A stretch of 64,000 nucleotides of DNA, taken from positions 68,450,001-68,514,000 of the forward strand of contig CM059438.1 in the NCBI GenBank assembly GCA_030390025.1, given 5' to 3'. The position numbers and the translations under genes are program-made. Source of the DNA: Squalus acanthias (Eukaryota). Below are positions 24,549-38,175 of this stretch, piece after piece; the first letter of the stretch is position 1, and every line of letters starts with the position of its first letter. The notes under the pieces are model-generated. The model did not search any database, had not been told where the DNA came from, and worked only from the letters and a program-made list of their open reading frames with translations.

Positions 24549-24902
24549 AATGTTCTAATGGAGTTTGTCACCAGCCGATTCAGGAAGCACTAGCAATGAA
24601 TGACATTATTGCTGTAATCATACTTAGCTGAACTTGCTGTGCTTTCTTTTTCATTTAATTAGCTCAGGGTTTTTTTGTTCTGTTTGAGTTTTCAAAATGA
24701 ACAATCAATGCCCTTGAGAAACTTGTGGCAGCATTTTGTTTAGACGCCAAATGAAAAATAATTGAGTGCTGTTTTAACTTATTTAATGAAGATGCTGATT
24801 GGTCCTGGTGTAAGTGCTAACACGTGAAAAAAATAAAGTAAAAAGAAGTAAATTATTTCCCTCTTTCAAAGCTTACTGTTGAATTTCAGTACTTAGAATC
24901 TA

Positions 24903-27460
24903 ATCCATTATTAAGAAAGTGGTAGCAGGGCACTTAGAAAACCATACTATGATTAGGCAGAGTCAACATGATTTTATGAAAGGGAAATTGTTTTTAACAA
25001 ATCTATTAGAGTTTTTTGAGGATGTAACTTGCAGGGTAGATAAAGGGGAGCCAGTAGATGTAGTGTATTTGGATTTCCAAAAGTTATTCGATGAGGTGCC
25101 ACATAAAAGGTTGTTATGCAAGATAAGGGCTCATGGGGTTGGGGGTAATATACCAAAACATTGATGAAAAGGGAAAAAATAGAATATGAGAGTAAATTAG
25201 CAAGAAATATAAAAACAGATTATAAGAGCTTCTACAAGTATGTAAAAAGGAAGAGAGTAGCAAAAGTAAGTGTTGGTCCCTTAGAGGCTGAGACAGGAGA
25301 AATTATATTGGGGAACAAGGAAATGGCTGAGACTTTAAACAAATATTTTGTATCTCTCTTTTCAGTAGAAAACACAAAAAGTATACCAAAAATAGTGGGG
25401 AACCAAGGGGCTAATGAGAGTGAGGAACTTAAAGTAATTAATATCAGTAGAGAAAAAGTACTTGAGAAATTAATGGGTCTAAAAGCCAACAAGTCCCCTG
25501 GACCTGATGGCCTACATCATAGGGTTCTAAAAGAGGTGGCTACAGAGATAGTGGATGCATTGGTTGTGATCTTCCAAAATTCCCTAGATTCAGGAATCGT
25601 CCCAGCAGATTGAAAGGAAGCATATGTAACATCCTATTCAAGAAAGGAGGGAGAGAGAAAACCAGGAACTACTGGCCAGTTAGTTTGACATCAGTCATCG
25701 GGAAAATGCTGGAATCCATTATTAAGGAAGTGGTAACATAGAAACATAGAATCTAGGAGCAGGAGTAGGCCATTCGGCCCGTCGAGCCTGCTCCACCATT
25801 CAATACGATCATGGCTGATCATCCAAATCCAGTACCCTGTCCCTGCTTTAATCCCCACAGTACACATATCCCACCCGACCCCCGTAACCCCACGTATTTA
25901 ATTCCCCCTAACATATCCCATCCCCCCACATATTTAATCCCCCTCTAACACTAAGGGTCAATTTATCATAGCCAAATCAACCTAACCCACACATTTTTGG
26001 ACTGTGGGAGGAAACCGGAGGAAACCCACGCAGACACGGGGAGAATGTGCAAACTCCACACAGACAGTCACCCGAGGTCAGATTCGAACCTGGGTCTCTG
26101 GCGCTGTGAGGCACCAGTGCTAACCACTATGCCACCGTGTTAGTAACAGGGTACTTAGAAAATTATAATATGATTAGGCAGAGTCAACATGGTTTTATGA
26201 AAGGTAAATCATGTTTTATTTATTAGAGTTTTTTGAGAATGTAACTAGCAGGGTAGGTAAAAGGGAACCAGTGGATGTAGTATATTTGGATTTCCAAAAG
26301 GCATTTGATAAGGTGCCACATAAAAGGTTGTTAAACAAGATAAGGGCACATGGGGTTGGGGGTAAGGTATTAGCATGGTTAAAGGAATGGTTAACAGACA
26401 GAAAACAGAGAGTAGGGATAAATGGGTTATTTTCAGATTAGCAGGCTGTAACTAGTGGGGTGCCGCAAGGATCAGTGCTTGGGCCTCAGCTATTTACATT
26501 CTTAATGACTTAGATGAAGGGACCGAGTGCAATGTATCCAAGTTTGCTGACGTTTGCTAGGTGGAAAAGTAACGTGAGGAGCACACAAAGAGCCTGCAAA
26601 GGTATATAGACAGGTTAAGTGAGTGGGCAATAAGGTGGCAGATGAAGTATAGTGTGGGGAAATGTGAGGTTATTCACTTTGGTAGGAAGAATAGAAAAAC
26701 AGAATATTTTTAAAATGGTGAGAAGCTTTCAAATGTTGGTGTTCAGAGAGATTTGGGTGTCCTCGTACAAGAAACACAGATTGTTAGCATGCAGGTACAG
26801 CAAGTAATTAGGAAGGCAAATGGCATGTTGTTCTTTATTGCAAGAGGGTTGGAATACAAGATTAAGGAAGTCTTGCTACAATTGTACAGGGCTCTGGTGA
26901 GACCACACTTGAAGTGCTGTATACAGTTTTGGTCTCCTTATTTAAGGAAGGACATACTTGCCTTAGAGGCAGTGCAACGGCGGTTCACTAGATTGATTCC
27001 TGGAATGAAAGGGTTGTCCTATGAGGGGAGATTGAGGAGATTGGGCCTATACTCACTGGAGTTTAGAAGAATGAGAGGTGATCTCATTGAAACATATAAG
27101 ATTCTGAGGGGGATTGACAAGGTAGATGCTGAGAGGTTGTTTCCCCTGGTTGGAGAGCCAAGAACTAGGTGGCATAGTCTCAGGATAAAGTGTCGGCCAT
27201 TTAAGACTGAGATGAGGAGGAATTTCTTCACTCAGAGGGTTGTGAATCTTTGGAATTCTCTATCCTAGAGGGTTGTGGATGCTGAATCGTTAATTATTTT
27301 CAAGGCTGAGATAGATACATTTTTGGACTCTAGGGGAATCAAGGGATACGGGGATCGGGCGGGAACGTGGAGTTGAGGTCGAAGTTCAGCCATGATCTTA
27401 TTGAATGGTGGAGCAGGCTCGAGGGGCCATTAGGCCTACTCCTGCTCCTAATTCTTATGC
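24903..27460 (+). mobile_element. CR1 LINE fragments (RT region to 3' end), with a duplicated segment and a nested SINE
   Basis: KSPGPDGLH, VYLDFQKAFDKVPH (twice), GVPQGSVLGP, FFTQRVVNLWNSL. Multiple stops and frameshifts. Confidence 0.92.
25737..26139 (-). mobile_element. HE1-like V-SINE inserted in CR1
   Basis: tRNA head (cacggtggcatagtggttagcac...ggttcgaatc), V-domain (ctgtgtggagtttgcacattctccccgtgtctgcgtgggtttcctcc) and CR1-derived tail. Confidence 0.85.
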
Positions 27461-28189
27461 TGTTATAAAAATCAATAGAGTCTCAATTTCAGGATGATAC
27501 GACATCCCACAACACTTTGAGACTGTTGCTGCTTAGAATGATGCAGTGCACCTGGTGAAGGGTTCTACTGGGAGGACTGTAACTTTGTGTGGCCGGGCAA
27601 GCATAGTTATATCATATTTTTTATGTCTAAGGGAGTTATAGACATTGAGCAACACAGGAAGACCTTGAAATGTTTTTCCCCCCCTCTAAAGTGATTAATT
27701 TTTCAATTCATAGCTGCTCACTGTGCCATGCATCACCTTACCAGTTAAGCAACTAACAGACAGATAAGCAGGTGCAGTGGTTCTTGATTGGAAAAAATGA
27801 GCACCAAATCTGTTTTATTGGGGTAGAAAATCCACTATGGGCACACTAGCGACATGAGCATATTTTGCCTGTGTAGTTTGCATTGTCAGCACAGAGAGAA
27901 CTTTTTCTATTCTCCTCTCATAGTAGCAAGTAGTTTGCTCCTGACATGATTGACATCAAGCACTGGCAGGCCTAGAGGGGGGAAATAGTGGGATTTTATT
28001 AGGTCGGAGCATACATGTACAGGTGAAGCTCCTTAAAGTGGCCCCTGCACTTCCTGTTGTCTGCAAATGGTGGAATTCTGGCTTTTTCTTGCCTGCATTA
28101 GGTTGAGAGGAGTCAGAAATCGTCCAATTGACAGGGCAGGTGTGAGGGGGGAGGAGGATCCTAATGCTGCCAGTGGGGACGGGAGGATC

Positions 28190-28397
28190 CCCTTTTTCTG
28201 ACAGAGGCCTACAGGCCCTGAGGAAAGTGATGACAAGAAGGTGTGCCAATTTTGGCTGTGAGGGTCATTCTCTTCAGCAAGCTGCAGTCAGGGCTGTTTG
28301 GGAAGAAGTGGCTGATCAGATCAGTAGCGTAGCGGCAGTAAATAAATCATCCTCGCAAATAAGCAAGAAGCTCAACACCCTGATGAAGTTTGCCAAG
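28190..28397 (+). pseudogene. Harbinger Myb/SANT exon remnant within a degraded element (~27977-29500, ends unclear)
   Basis: PFSDRGLQAL...VWEEVADQISS...QISKKLNTLMKFAK, followed by ATAAGC, a mutated donor at the position equivalent to 649. Confidence 0.65.
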
Positions 28398-30199
28398 ATA
28401 AGCAAGTCCTGCACTTATCTTTTAACTCTTTTGCAAAGGCATGCCTGCAATACACACAGACACAAAGTCCACCTCTCTACCAACTGAAAATTAACGCAGG
28501 ATGCTTTCTGCTCTTTATGCACCTTTTGGCATTCATGGCACGCTGTTCATCATCCCAGGGAAACTGATGGTGGAAAGGGCCAATAAAGATGATCCCCAGT
28601 ACTCAGCTGTATGGTCTTGCACTCTTGTTTTGGGAAGCACTGTGGCCAATTGCATAGCTATGGTAGGCCTCTGGACACAGTCATCATTTTATTAATTTCT
28701 AGGATTGCAGGCAAAGGGAGCCTACAAGCGAAGGGAGTGTTTGCAACCTGGAGGGGACATACCAGATCTCAAGCCCTTGACGTGCTTTGAAGAACTTGGA
28801 CATAGTGGGTCGCCATTCTATGGTCCCCGTTGGAGATGGGCATGCAGGTTGCACGCCTGCCTCTTGACTGAAAAATTTCTTCTTCATCTTCTACCTACCT
28901 GAGGGAAAGGGCAATTCCTTAAGGAATGACCATGCTTTTCACAGATTGTTGCAAACTATCTTCATCAGTAGGAGAACAAAACTTAAGTTCAAAACTGGAA
29001 AAGGACAACTATTTAAAGGTCCAATTCAAACAAACAGTAAGCCAACAAAAGTGCAGGGCAAATAGAGGAAAAAAATGCCCTAAAAACAGCCCCCTTTAAT
29101 CACTGCAATATGTCCGGCAGTACATCTTTGAAACTGCTTACGGTGGTTGTGTATCTGGAAGTGTTAACATTTTTTAAAGGCTCACATTGCCAGCCTCGAA
29201 CCAAGGACATAGCACATTGGAATTCCTGAGGCAGCAAAGATGTGCTCCTGACATCCCGTGCCCGCCCCCCAACCTCTGCCTCCACACCGCACCCTCTGCC
29301 TCCACCCACCCCCCCCGCACCCCCCATGAAGGTTGTAATGAGATTTGCACCAAGGAGCAGCACAAGCCTCTTGTGTCCCCAAAACAGGCCCATCGGAAAA
29401 TCCAGGTCAGCGCAAATTGGAGCAAAATGGACAGAAGGCTTCTGCCGCTGTACCAGAGAGGACTTTCAGCCCCATTTAAGACAGTTTCCGAACACCATTC
29501 CAAAGGTGGCTTGTCTACAAGAACTGGGTACAGGTGCCAAGTTGGCCATGTTCCTGAAGTAATAAAAACCCTTGAATAAAGCTCCACATAGGATAAATCA
29601 TAAATTGACTTTATGACTCCGAGGTTACTGCTGCAATCATTGTTTTGGCTGACTAGCCACAATATACACAGTACTGCAATCTTTCACTGAATTTAATTTA
29701 GCGAATCTGAGGAACATCCAATACCAACAGGTCTCAGCCTTCACTAGGCAGTAACAAGCCAAGTACCCTGTACGCAGTTTGAGTGTCAGCACCACTGAAA
29801 TGTGAAGAAACTAAAACTGACCACAACAGTGAGTGATGACCTTTTCTAGTTTCCTTGGGATTTTGAGACAATTTCAGCTTCCATTTAAAAACCAGAAAGC
29901 ATAAAATTTTATGTTTAATTAAACAATGACTTCAATTCATCTTGAGCATGTTGGACAATAAATGACTCATAGTCTGATTAAATGCCAAGGCATTTTGTCA
30001 AATGAGGGAACCATTTATTGACTAAACACGCTTCTTATCATCATAGGTTATTGCTTTGTAATATATTTTAGGAACTGAAAGATTCTACTTGATAATGTTT
30101 CAAATACTAAAATATATTTAAATTCTGGTGATTTATGTGTCACCTTGCAATATGGCTCATGATGCAATTTCAGCTTCATCAGCAAGTGACTGTTAAAAG

Positions 30200-31451
30200 T
30201 GTAAGATTCTCAAAATTCACAGATCCTCCAAAACTCGAAGACAAACCCTAAGGAAACAGACTTTGGCCTCTTTTCTAACTATTTCAAGGTGATAAAATGC
30301 ATTTGGGCCTAAAACAAGGAATTTAAGACCAAAACCCAAGTTTTGGCATTTTAAAAACATGTCTGGGCCTGTAAAGGGACAAGGAGGTGGGTTCGACCTC
30401 TGTAAAAGCAGTTTTGGATATTGGAGTTAATTACACTGTCTGGGGAACCGGGATGACCTCAGTCAAGCCCCAGCAGACATTAACATTTTAACAATAAACC
30501 CAGGGAAAGAGCAGTCCCACCCAAAATTACAGGCCCCATCAAAACCATTACAGAGCCCATTAAGACATGCATAAAACAAATTACTTCAGCTTACGCTATA
30601 GAAATCATAGGCCCAGCCAAGAAAACCCCAAACATAAGAACAATCAAACTCTGATTAAGTGGCAAATCGACAGGATGGGGGCTATCCCGAAACCACTTCA
30701 CACATTTACAAACCAGTTACTGTTAACGAGCCCTCCAAAATCTTACAATGACCGGGATTTGATTTGGCGCGCAACAAAGGAGGCTTCAATTAGTATAATT
30801 GAAGGCCTGCTTTTCTTAAGTTCAAGCAACAAGCAGGACAGCAGAAGCACAGCAGGCACACAGACAGGACAGCAGTTACAGCAAGCAGCAGGGAGTTCAG
30901 CAAGCAGTCCGGCAGAAGGCAGTTCCACAGTTCTGAAGAAGACAGTTCAACAAAGCGAGGGGGCAACAGAAAGAAGTTCAACAAAGAAGGCCAACAGCTC
31001 CAGAAGTAGGCCGACATGCAAGAAGAGACCAGAGCGACCGCCTCAGTGACCATCGGACACCTCGCGACAACAAGGGCCTTACAAAACTTTTACTCAAAAG
31101 ACTCTAAACCCTAACTCTCAACTGTCAAGGATTCATTTGGTGAGCATTATCCCTGGTTCTCCAGAGTCCAACTTAGCTAGTAAAGTGGGATTGGGAGGGG
31201 TGAAGTATTCTTCTAATGATTATTTCCCTCGCTTGTACCAAAGTGTTCCCCACTTTTAGAGTGTTAAGAGTGTTTGTGTTGTGTTTTATTTTCTTGAATA
31301 AAGATCAAAGTTCTTGCATCAAAACCAGTTGTCTGCTGCACTTTTTGTCACAACCCCCAAATAAGTCCAAGGTCTCGAATCAAGGGAGTGGGAGCGATTC
31401 GAACCGCTCAGAAGTCAGAGGTGAAGCTGACTCGAGCCACCACCCCCGATA
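30200..31451 (+). mobile_element. Long solo LTR (1252 bp)
   Basis: Starts TGTAAG and ends ccccgata (decayed ...TACA). 4-bp TSD AAAG (30196-30199, 31452-31455) and AATAAA near 31298. Homologous to 35357-36990. Confidence 0.8.
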
Positions 31452-31459
31452 AAAGTTGG

Positions 31460-32200
31460 AATCATAGAATGATACAACATAGAAGCAGATCATTCGGCCC
31501 ATCATGCCTGTGTGGGCTCTTTGAAAGAGTTATCACATTTTTCCCACTCCCCTGATCTTTCTCTATGGCCCTGCAATTTTTTCCCTTGCAAGTATTTATT
31601 CAATTCCCTTCTGAAAGTTATTTTTGAATCTGCTTCCATTGCCTTTTCTGGCAATGCATTTCACATCATAACAACTTGCTGCATAAAAAAAATTCTCCTC
31701 ATGTCGCCTCTGGTTCTTTTGCAAATTAACTTAAATCTTTGTCCTCTGGTTACCGACCCTTCTGCCACTGGAAACAGTTTCTCCTTTATTTACTCTATCA
31801 AAGCCCTTCATAGTTTTGACCACCTCTATTAAATCTCCTCTTAACCTTCTCTGCTCTAAGGAGAGCAACCCCAGCTTGACTGGTCTCTCCACATAACTGA
31901 AGTCCCGCCCCCTGGTACCATTCTAGTAAATCTCCCCTGCACCCTCTCTAAGGTCTTGACATCCTTCCTAAAGTGTGGTGCCCAGAATTGGACACAATAC
32001 TCCAGCTGGGGCCTAACCAGTGATTTATAAAGGTTTAGCAGAACTTCCTTACTTTTGTAAATTGTCCTGTTTCTCAAATTGTCCTGTCACCTTCAAAGAT
32101 TTGTCTACATACACCCCCAGCTCTCTTTATTCCTGCACCCACTTTAAAATTGTACCGTTTAGTATATATTGCCTCTCCTCATTCTTCCTACCAAAATGCA
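31460..32200 (-). mobile_element. CR1 LINE 3' fragment
   Basis: LYKSLVRPQLEYCVQFWAPHF on the minus strand. Confidence 0.85.
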
Positions 32201-32604
32201 TCAAAGTTATTTGTATATTTAATTCTGCAATGATAAGATTATAAAAAGTTTGCCCCACCAACCATGCTCTAGTGAGAGTCTATGAATAATCGGTCATGGA
32301 TACTTCCCTGCCACCATCCAACGCATGATCTATATTCTATGTTGCAACTGATTTACAAATTATTAGTACAAATTTAGACTGTGATTGTGAGATTTTCAGT
32401 TTAGACGTGGCATCACGTGACTGATTATTTCCCAACATTCCTTGACCATAATATGCAAATTTTGTTACTTCATCTCAAAATGGAAACAACGCCAAATATA
32501 TTACCAAGATAAAAAGAATGAGCTGGAGCAAGGTTGTTTAAAATGATCCACAGTGACACCTGATTATAACTTTGCAATAGCATGAGTAAACATTTTGAAT
32601 TGGC

Positions 32605-33055
32605 AATCCAGGACAAAGCAGCCCGCTTGATTGGCACCCCATCCACCACCTTAAACATTCACTCCCTCCACCACCGGCGTACCGTGGCTGCAGTGTGTAC
32701 CATCTACAAGATGCACTGCAGCAACTCGCCAAGGCTTCTTCGACAGCACCTCCCAAACCCGCGACCTCTTCCACCTAGAAGGACAAGGGCAGCAGGAGCA
32801 TGGGAACACCACCACCTCCAAGTTCCCCTCCAAGTCACACACCATCCTGACTTAGAAGTATATCGCCGATCCTTCATCGTCGCTGGGTCAAAATCCTGGA
32901 ACTCCCTCCTTAATAGCACTGTGGGAGTACCTTCACCACACGGACTGCAGCGGTTCAAGAAGGCGGCTCACCACCACCTTCTCAAGGGCAATTAGGGATG
33001 GGCAATAAATGCTGGCCTTGCCAGCGACGCCCACATTCCACAAACAAATTTAAAA
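32605..33055 (+). mobile_element. CR1/L2-group LINE 3' fragment (second family)
   Basis: IQDKAARLIG...HSLHHRRTVAAVCTIYKMH. Near-identical to 37857-38175 and 44045-44495. Confidence 0.85.
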
Positions 33056-33629
33056 AAAAATCTTTTGTGCAGAGCTGCAATATTCCAATGATAATTTCAG
33101 TCTGTCTGCACTGTTCTGAGTAATAAATAGCTTCTGTTTTTTACATTTTACTGATGAGGCTTGTGCACACAAGTTAAGAAGGTTGTTTAAAAAAGCATAT
33201 AGGATCCTTGGCTTTATAAACAGAGGCGTAGAGTACCTCCAGCAACGAGTGCTAGTGCAATCAACCCAGCATGGGTCAACACCTGGGGTGGCGAAGGAGT
33301 GAGGGGGTGGCGGGTAGTGGACAGATGGGATGGTTAAGGGGAGAAAATTGGAGGTGCAAAATACTACTACATTTTTACATCAAGTCCAAGGCCAAGAATT
33401 TTGTCAGAGTGGCACCCACTCTGAGCAGTAACTGCCTACATTTACATGTGTAAACGGGGTTTCAGTCATATTGCTGGTGACGTTACGGTGGCGGAGGGAG
33501 AGCAGGCCTGAGGAAATTTCCGGCCTTGTATTGCACTGTAACTCGAACATTTTCATTTTCTCTCCACATTTGGGGGCACTTCATCCAAATATTCATATTT
33601 CAAATATTTGTTTCACCAATATAAGAAAG

Positions 33630-34380
33630 AAAAGAAAGACTTGCATTTCTATAGCACCTGTCATGACCTCAGGATGCCCCAAAGCACTTTACAGCCAATG
33701 AAGTACTTTTCAAGTGTAGTCACTGTAGTAATGTACGAACTGGGGCAGCCAATTTGCGCACAGCAAGGTCCCACAAACTTCAATGAGATAAATGATCAGA
33801 GAATCTGTTTTAGTGATGCAGGACAAGTTGCAAAAGCTGTTACAAAGATTATGAGATCCTTTGCTTTATAAACAGGCATTGGGGGGAATTTTAACTTTTG
33901 GACCCGTCGGGGGTGGGGGGACCCGGTAGCGCGCGGGAAACCCGGAAGTCCGGATCTCCCCGTACACTGTGCTGTATCATTCTATCATTCTATGGTTGAG
34001 GACAATATTCCCTATAAGGTGCGCTGCCGCTCTCTGCCGGTCCCGCGCAGCCCGGGACCAGCTTTTTCATGCAGCTCCTTAAAGACCCCCCAAAAAATAA
34101 GAGGGAACATTGCTTGAGGGAGATAAATGAACCAGGGCACCGGGGATAACTCCCTAATTCTGCTTCTAATAGTGCCATGGGATCACAGACGTCCATAGGC
34201 TAGGGCAGACTGGGCTCTGGGTTTAACATTTTACCAGAAAGACAGTACCTTCAACAGTGCAGCGCTCGCTCAGTAGTGTACTGAATTGTTGGCTTCAGTT
34301 ATGCGCTCAAGTCTCTGGAGTGGGACTTGAACCGAGAATCTTCTGACTCAGAGGCGAGAGTGCTGCCACTGAGCCAAGGC
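33630..34380 (-). mobile_element. Fragmented Deu-domain SINE with intervening CR1 and MITE pieces
   Basis: Tail at 33630-33820 and head/core at 34100-34380 match 57590-58045. Confidence 0.6.
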
Positions 34381-35069
34381 AAGTCCCTTCTTTCTGGAGT
34401 TACAGGCATCAGGGAAGTTCGAGAGAGTTTGCCCACAAACCTGATTATGTATGACATTGATTTTAATTGCAAACCTGAAGATCAAACAAGCCTATCTTCT
34501 ATGCATTGCATGTTCCTTCCTGAGTGTCAGCTCTGACAATACAGTTGATTTGACAACAAGGAATATGTACATGAAGGTTTCTTAAGTAAAGCAAGGCAGT
34601 ATACAATCTTCTAGTGTGAAATAACATTTCTCTTGTTGCCACAAGAAAGGGTCAAATGAAAGAAACATTCAAACTTATTTTGCAATTATTTTGAAGAGTA
34701 CGATTTTTGATGGAACTATCTGAAATTAAAGAGGAAGCTGAAAGCTGCATTCAATTTGTGCAGCATTCAATCTCAGCATATTAAATCAGCACAAGACTCC
34801 CAGTTGGCACAAGATGAATTTTAAAGATATAAATCAATTAAATTTTCCGGTACAAATATTCCCGGTAACATTAATTTAACCCCACAATCTGTTTTCTCCA
34901 GTTTTTGCAGCTTTCAGGAATTCTTAATGTGGTTGATTTTCTTTTTCCTTCCCCTTCCCTTTTCTCTCAACAACAACTTGCATTTATATAGCACCTTTAA
35001 CATAGTAAAATGTCCCAAGGCACTTTACAGGAGCGTAATCAGACATACATTGACACCAAGCCATATAGG

Positions 35070-38000
35070 CCTCATCCTGAAGTCCCCACCATCACAGAAG
35101 CCAGTCTTCAGCCAATTTGCTTCATTCCACGTGATATCAAGAAAGACCTTGAGTGCACTGCATACAGCGAAGGTTGTGGGCCCCGCCAACATCCCGGCTG
35201 TCGTGCTGAAGACTTGTGCTCCAGAACTAGCCGCGCCTCTAGCTAAGCTGATCAAGTACAGCTACAACACTGGCATCTACCCGACAATGTGGAAAACTGC
35301 CCAGGTATGTCCTGCCAACAAAAAGCAGGACAAATCCAATCCGGCCAATTACCGCCTGTAAGGTTTCCAAAAATTTGCAGATCCCCAAAACCTAAGGAAA
35401 AAGGACTTTGGAACTACCTCAGAGTGAGAAAAATGCATTTGGGCCTAACCTGAGGAATTTAAGACCAAAAACCAAGTTTTGGCATTTTAAAAACATGTCT
35501 GGGACTGTAAAGGGACAAGGAGGTGGGTTCGACCTCTGTAAAAGCAGTTTGGCTATTGCAGTTAATTACACTGTCTGGGGAACCGGAATGACCCCACTCA
35601 AGCCCAGCAGACATTAACATTTGAACAATAGACCCTGGGAAAAGACAGTCCCACCCAAAGACAGGCCCCATCAAAACCGATTACAGGGCCCATCAGAAAC
35701 ATGCATAATAAAAACCACTCAGACCCATTCTATAGAAAGATTGAGTCCAGCCGAGAAAACCAAACACAAAACCAATCAACTGTAATCAACCAAGGAGATC
35801 GACAGGACGCAAGCCATCTCAAAAGCCATTTGACACTTACAGAGCAGTTACTGGTAACAGGCCCGCCAAAACCAGACAATGAACTGAGCAGGTTTGGCGG
35901 GTAGATAAGGCCATGTTCAATGGGTGAGATTGAAGGCCTGTTAAAAAACCAGTTAACACGCTAGTAAGTCGTTACCGATTAACGAGCCCACCAAAACCAG
36001 ACAATGAACTGAATAGATTTGGCGGGTAGATAAGACCACTTCAATTCAGTATAATTGAAGGCCCGTTAAGCAGTTCAGGGTGGTTCATCAGAAGAAGAAG
36101 AAACAAGGAAGAAGACAAGCCGAGCTGGAAGCGATTCGGCATCGCTCACCACTCAGACACACCTGAGTCCAGCTCGTGAAGATACCACCTCGACGGACCT
36201 CCAACAACGGTTCCAACACAGTCACCCGGAGCAACAAGCAGCAACAAGTCACCGATGGCTCCACGAGGTCGACCGACACACTAGACAAGGCCTAAAACCA
36301 TCGCGGAAACCAAAGGCCTCAAGAAACCAACAACCACATATTACCCCCAACTGACCGGTTAATAGCAGGCCACCGCGACCAACAAAGACCAACTCAAGGG
36401 AAGAAAAACCCGAAGAATCGCAAAGTTTCCACTCTACAATCTACTCCTGACTTACCCCATGGTAAGATTTTCCCAAAGACTCTAAACCCTATTGCTAACC
36501 AAAAGAAATTGGGTACTCACCAGATAAATCCAAACCGACATCCTACCGCATCAGCGGACTCGCGAAGACTGACCAGATACGCAGGTGAAGTCCTCTACCG
36601 CGTACGGGGTACGGCAGACACTAACCGCCATAAACAGCGAACCCCAAAACCACGATTTAGCCCAACTGTCAAAGGATTGGTGAACATTATCCCTGGTCCT
36701 TCAAAGCCTAACTTAGCTAGTAAAGTGGGGTTGGGAGGGGTGAAGTATTGTTCTACTGTCATTTCCCTCGCTTGTACCGAAGTGTTCCCCACTTTTAGAT
36801 TGTTAAGAGTGTTTGTCTTGTATTTTACTTTCTTGAATAAAGATCAAAGTTCTTGCATCAAACTCAGTTGTCTGCTGCACTTTTCATCACAACCCCCAAA
36901 TAAGTCCAGGGTCTAGAACCAAGGGAGAGAGAGCAATTCGAACCGCTCAGAAGTCGGAGGTGAAGCTGACACAAACCATCACCCCCTACAGCCCCATCAG
37001 TCTACTCTCGATCATCAGTAAAGTGATGGAAGGTGTCGTCGACAGTGCTATTAAGTGGCACTTACTCACCAATAACCTGCACACCGCTGCTCAGTTTAGG
37101 TTCTGCCAGGACCACTTGGCTCCAGACCTCATTACAGCCTTGGTTCAAACATGGACAAAAGAGCCGAATTCCAGAGGTGAGGAGAGAGTGACTGCCCTTG
37201 ACATCAAGGCAGCATTTGACCAAGTGTGGCACCAAGAAGCCCTAGTAAAACTGAAGTCAATGGGAATCTGGGCAAAAACTCTCCATTGGCTAGAGTCATA
37301 TCTAGCAAAAAAAAGATGGTTGTGGTTGCTGGAAGCCAATCATCTCAGTCCCAGGACATTGCTGCAGGAGTTCCTCAGGGCAGTGTCCTCAGCCCAACCA
37401 TCTTCAGCTGCTTCATCAATGACCTTCCCTCCATCATAAGGTCAGAAGTGAGGATGTTCGCTGATGACTGCACAGTGTTCAGTGCCATTCGCAACTCCTC
37501 AGATAATGAAGCAGTCCGTGCCCGCATACAGCAAGACCTGGACAACATTCAGGCTTGGGCTCAACAAGAGAGAGTCTAACCACCTCCCCTCGACATTCAA
37601 TGGCATTACCATCATCGATTCCCCCACCATCAACATCCTGGGGGTCACCATTAACCAGAAACTTAACTGGACCAGCCACATAAATATCGTGACTACAAGA
37701 GCAGGTCCGAGGCTGGGTATTCTGCAGCGAGTAACCGACCTACTGACTCCCCAAAGCCTTTCCACCATCTACAAGGCACAAGTAAGGAGTGTGATGGAAT
37801 ACTCTCCACTTGCCTGGATGAGTGCAGCTCCAACAACACTCACGAAGCTCGACACCATCCAGGACAAAGCAGCCCGCTTGATTGGTACCCTATCCACCAC
37901 CTTAATCATTTACTCCCTCCACCACTGGTGCACCATGTCTGCAGTGCGCACCATCTACAAGATGCACTGCAGCAACTCGCCAAGGCTTCTTCGACAGCAC

Positions 38001-38175
38001 CTGCAAAACCCGCAACCTCTACCACCTAGAAGGTCAAGGGCAGTAGGCGTATGGGAACACCACCACCTCCATGTTCCCTTCCAAGTCACACACCATCCTG
38101 ACTTGGAAATATTTTGCTGTTCCTTTATCGTCGGTGGGTCAAAATCCTGGAACTCCCTCCCTAACAGCACTGTGA
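35070..38175 (+). mobile_element. CR1/L2-group LINE RT region, split by solo LTR 35357-36990 and itself nested in an L2-type tail
   Basis: KSNPANYR|PISLLSIISKVME, ALDIKAAFD, GVPQGSVLSP, MFADD. The L2-like tail at 34970-35065 resumes near 38190. Confidence 0.9.
35357..36990 (+). mobile_element. Long solo LTR (1634 bp)
   Basis: TGTA...TACA ends. Interrupts the LINE at taccgcc|gccccatc (gcc duplicated). Internal tandem duplication ~35845-35940/35970-36065 and AATAAA near 36836. Confidence 0.85.

Noticed and set aside
24903..25150. Duplicated CR1 RT segment as a novel tandem-domain element
   Set aside because: It is clearly diverged from the downstream copy and best explained by adjacent or rearranged CR1 fragments.
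26070..26139. tRNA gene
   Set aside because: The A/B boxes belong to a SINE head joined to a V-domain, and there is no complete cloverleaf. The same applies to the other SINE heads.
30200..36990. The two long LTRs as the 5' and 3' ends of one provirus
   Set aside because: Each has its own TSD and the second is nested in a LINE. There is no PBS/PPT or gag-pol between them, and their middles differ.
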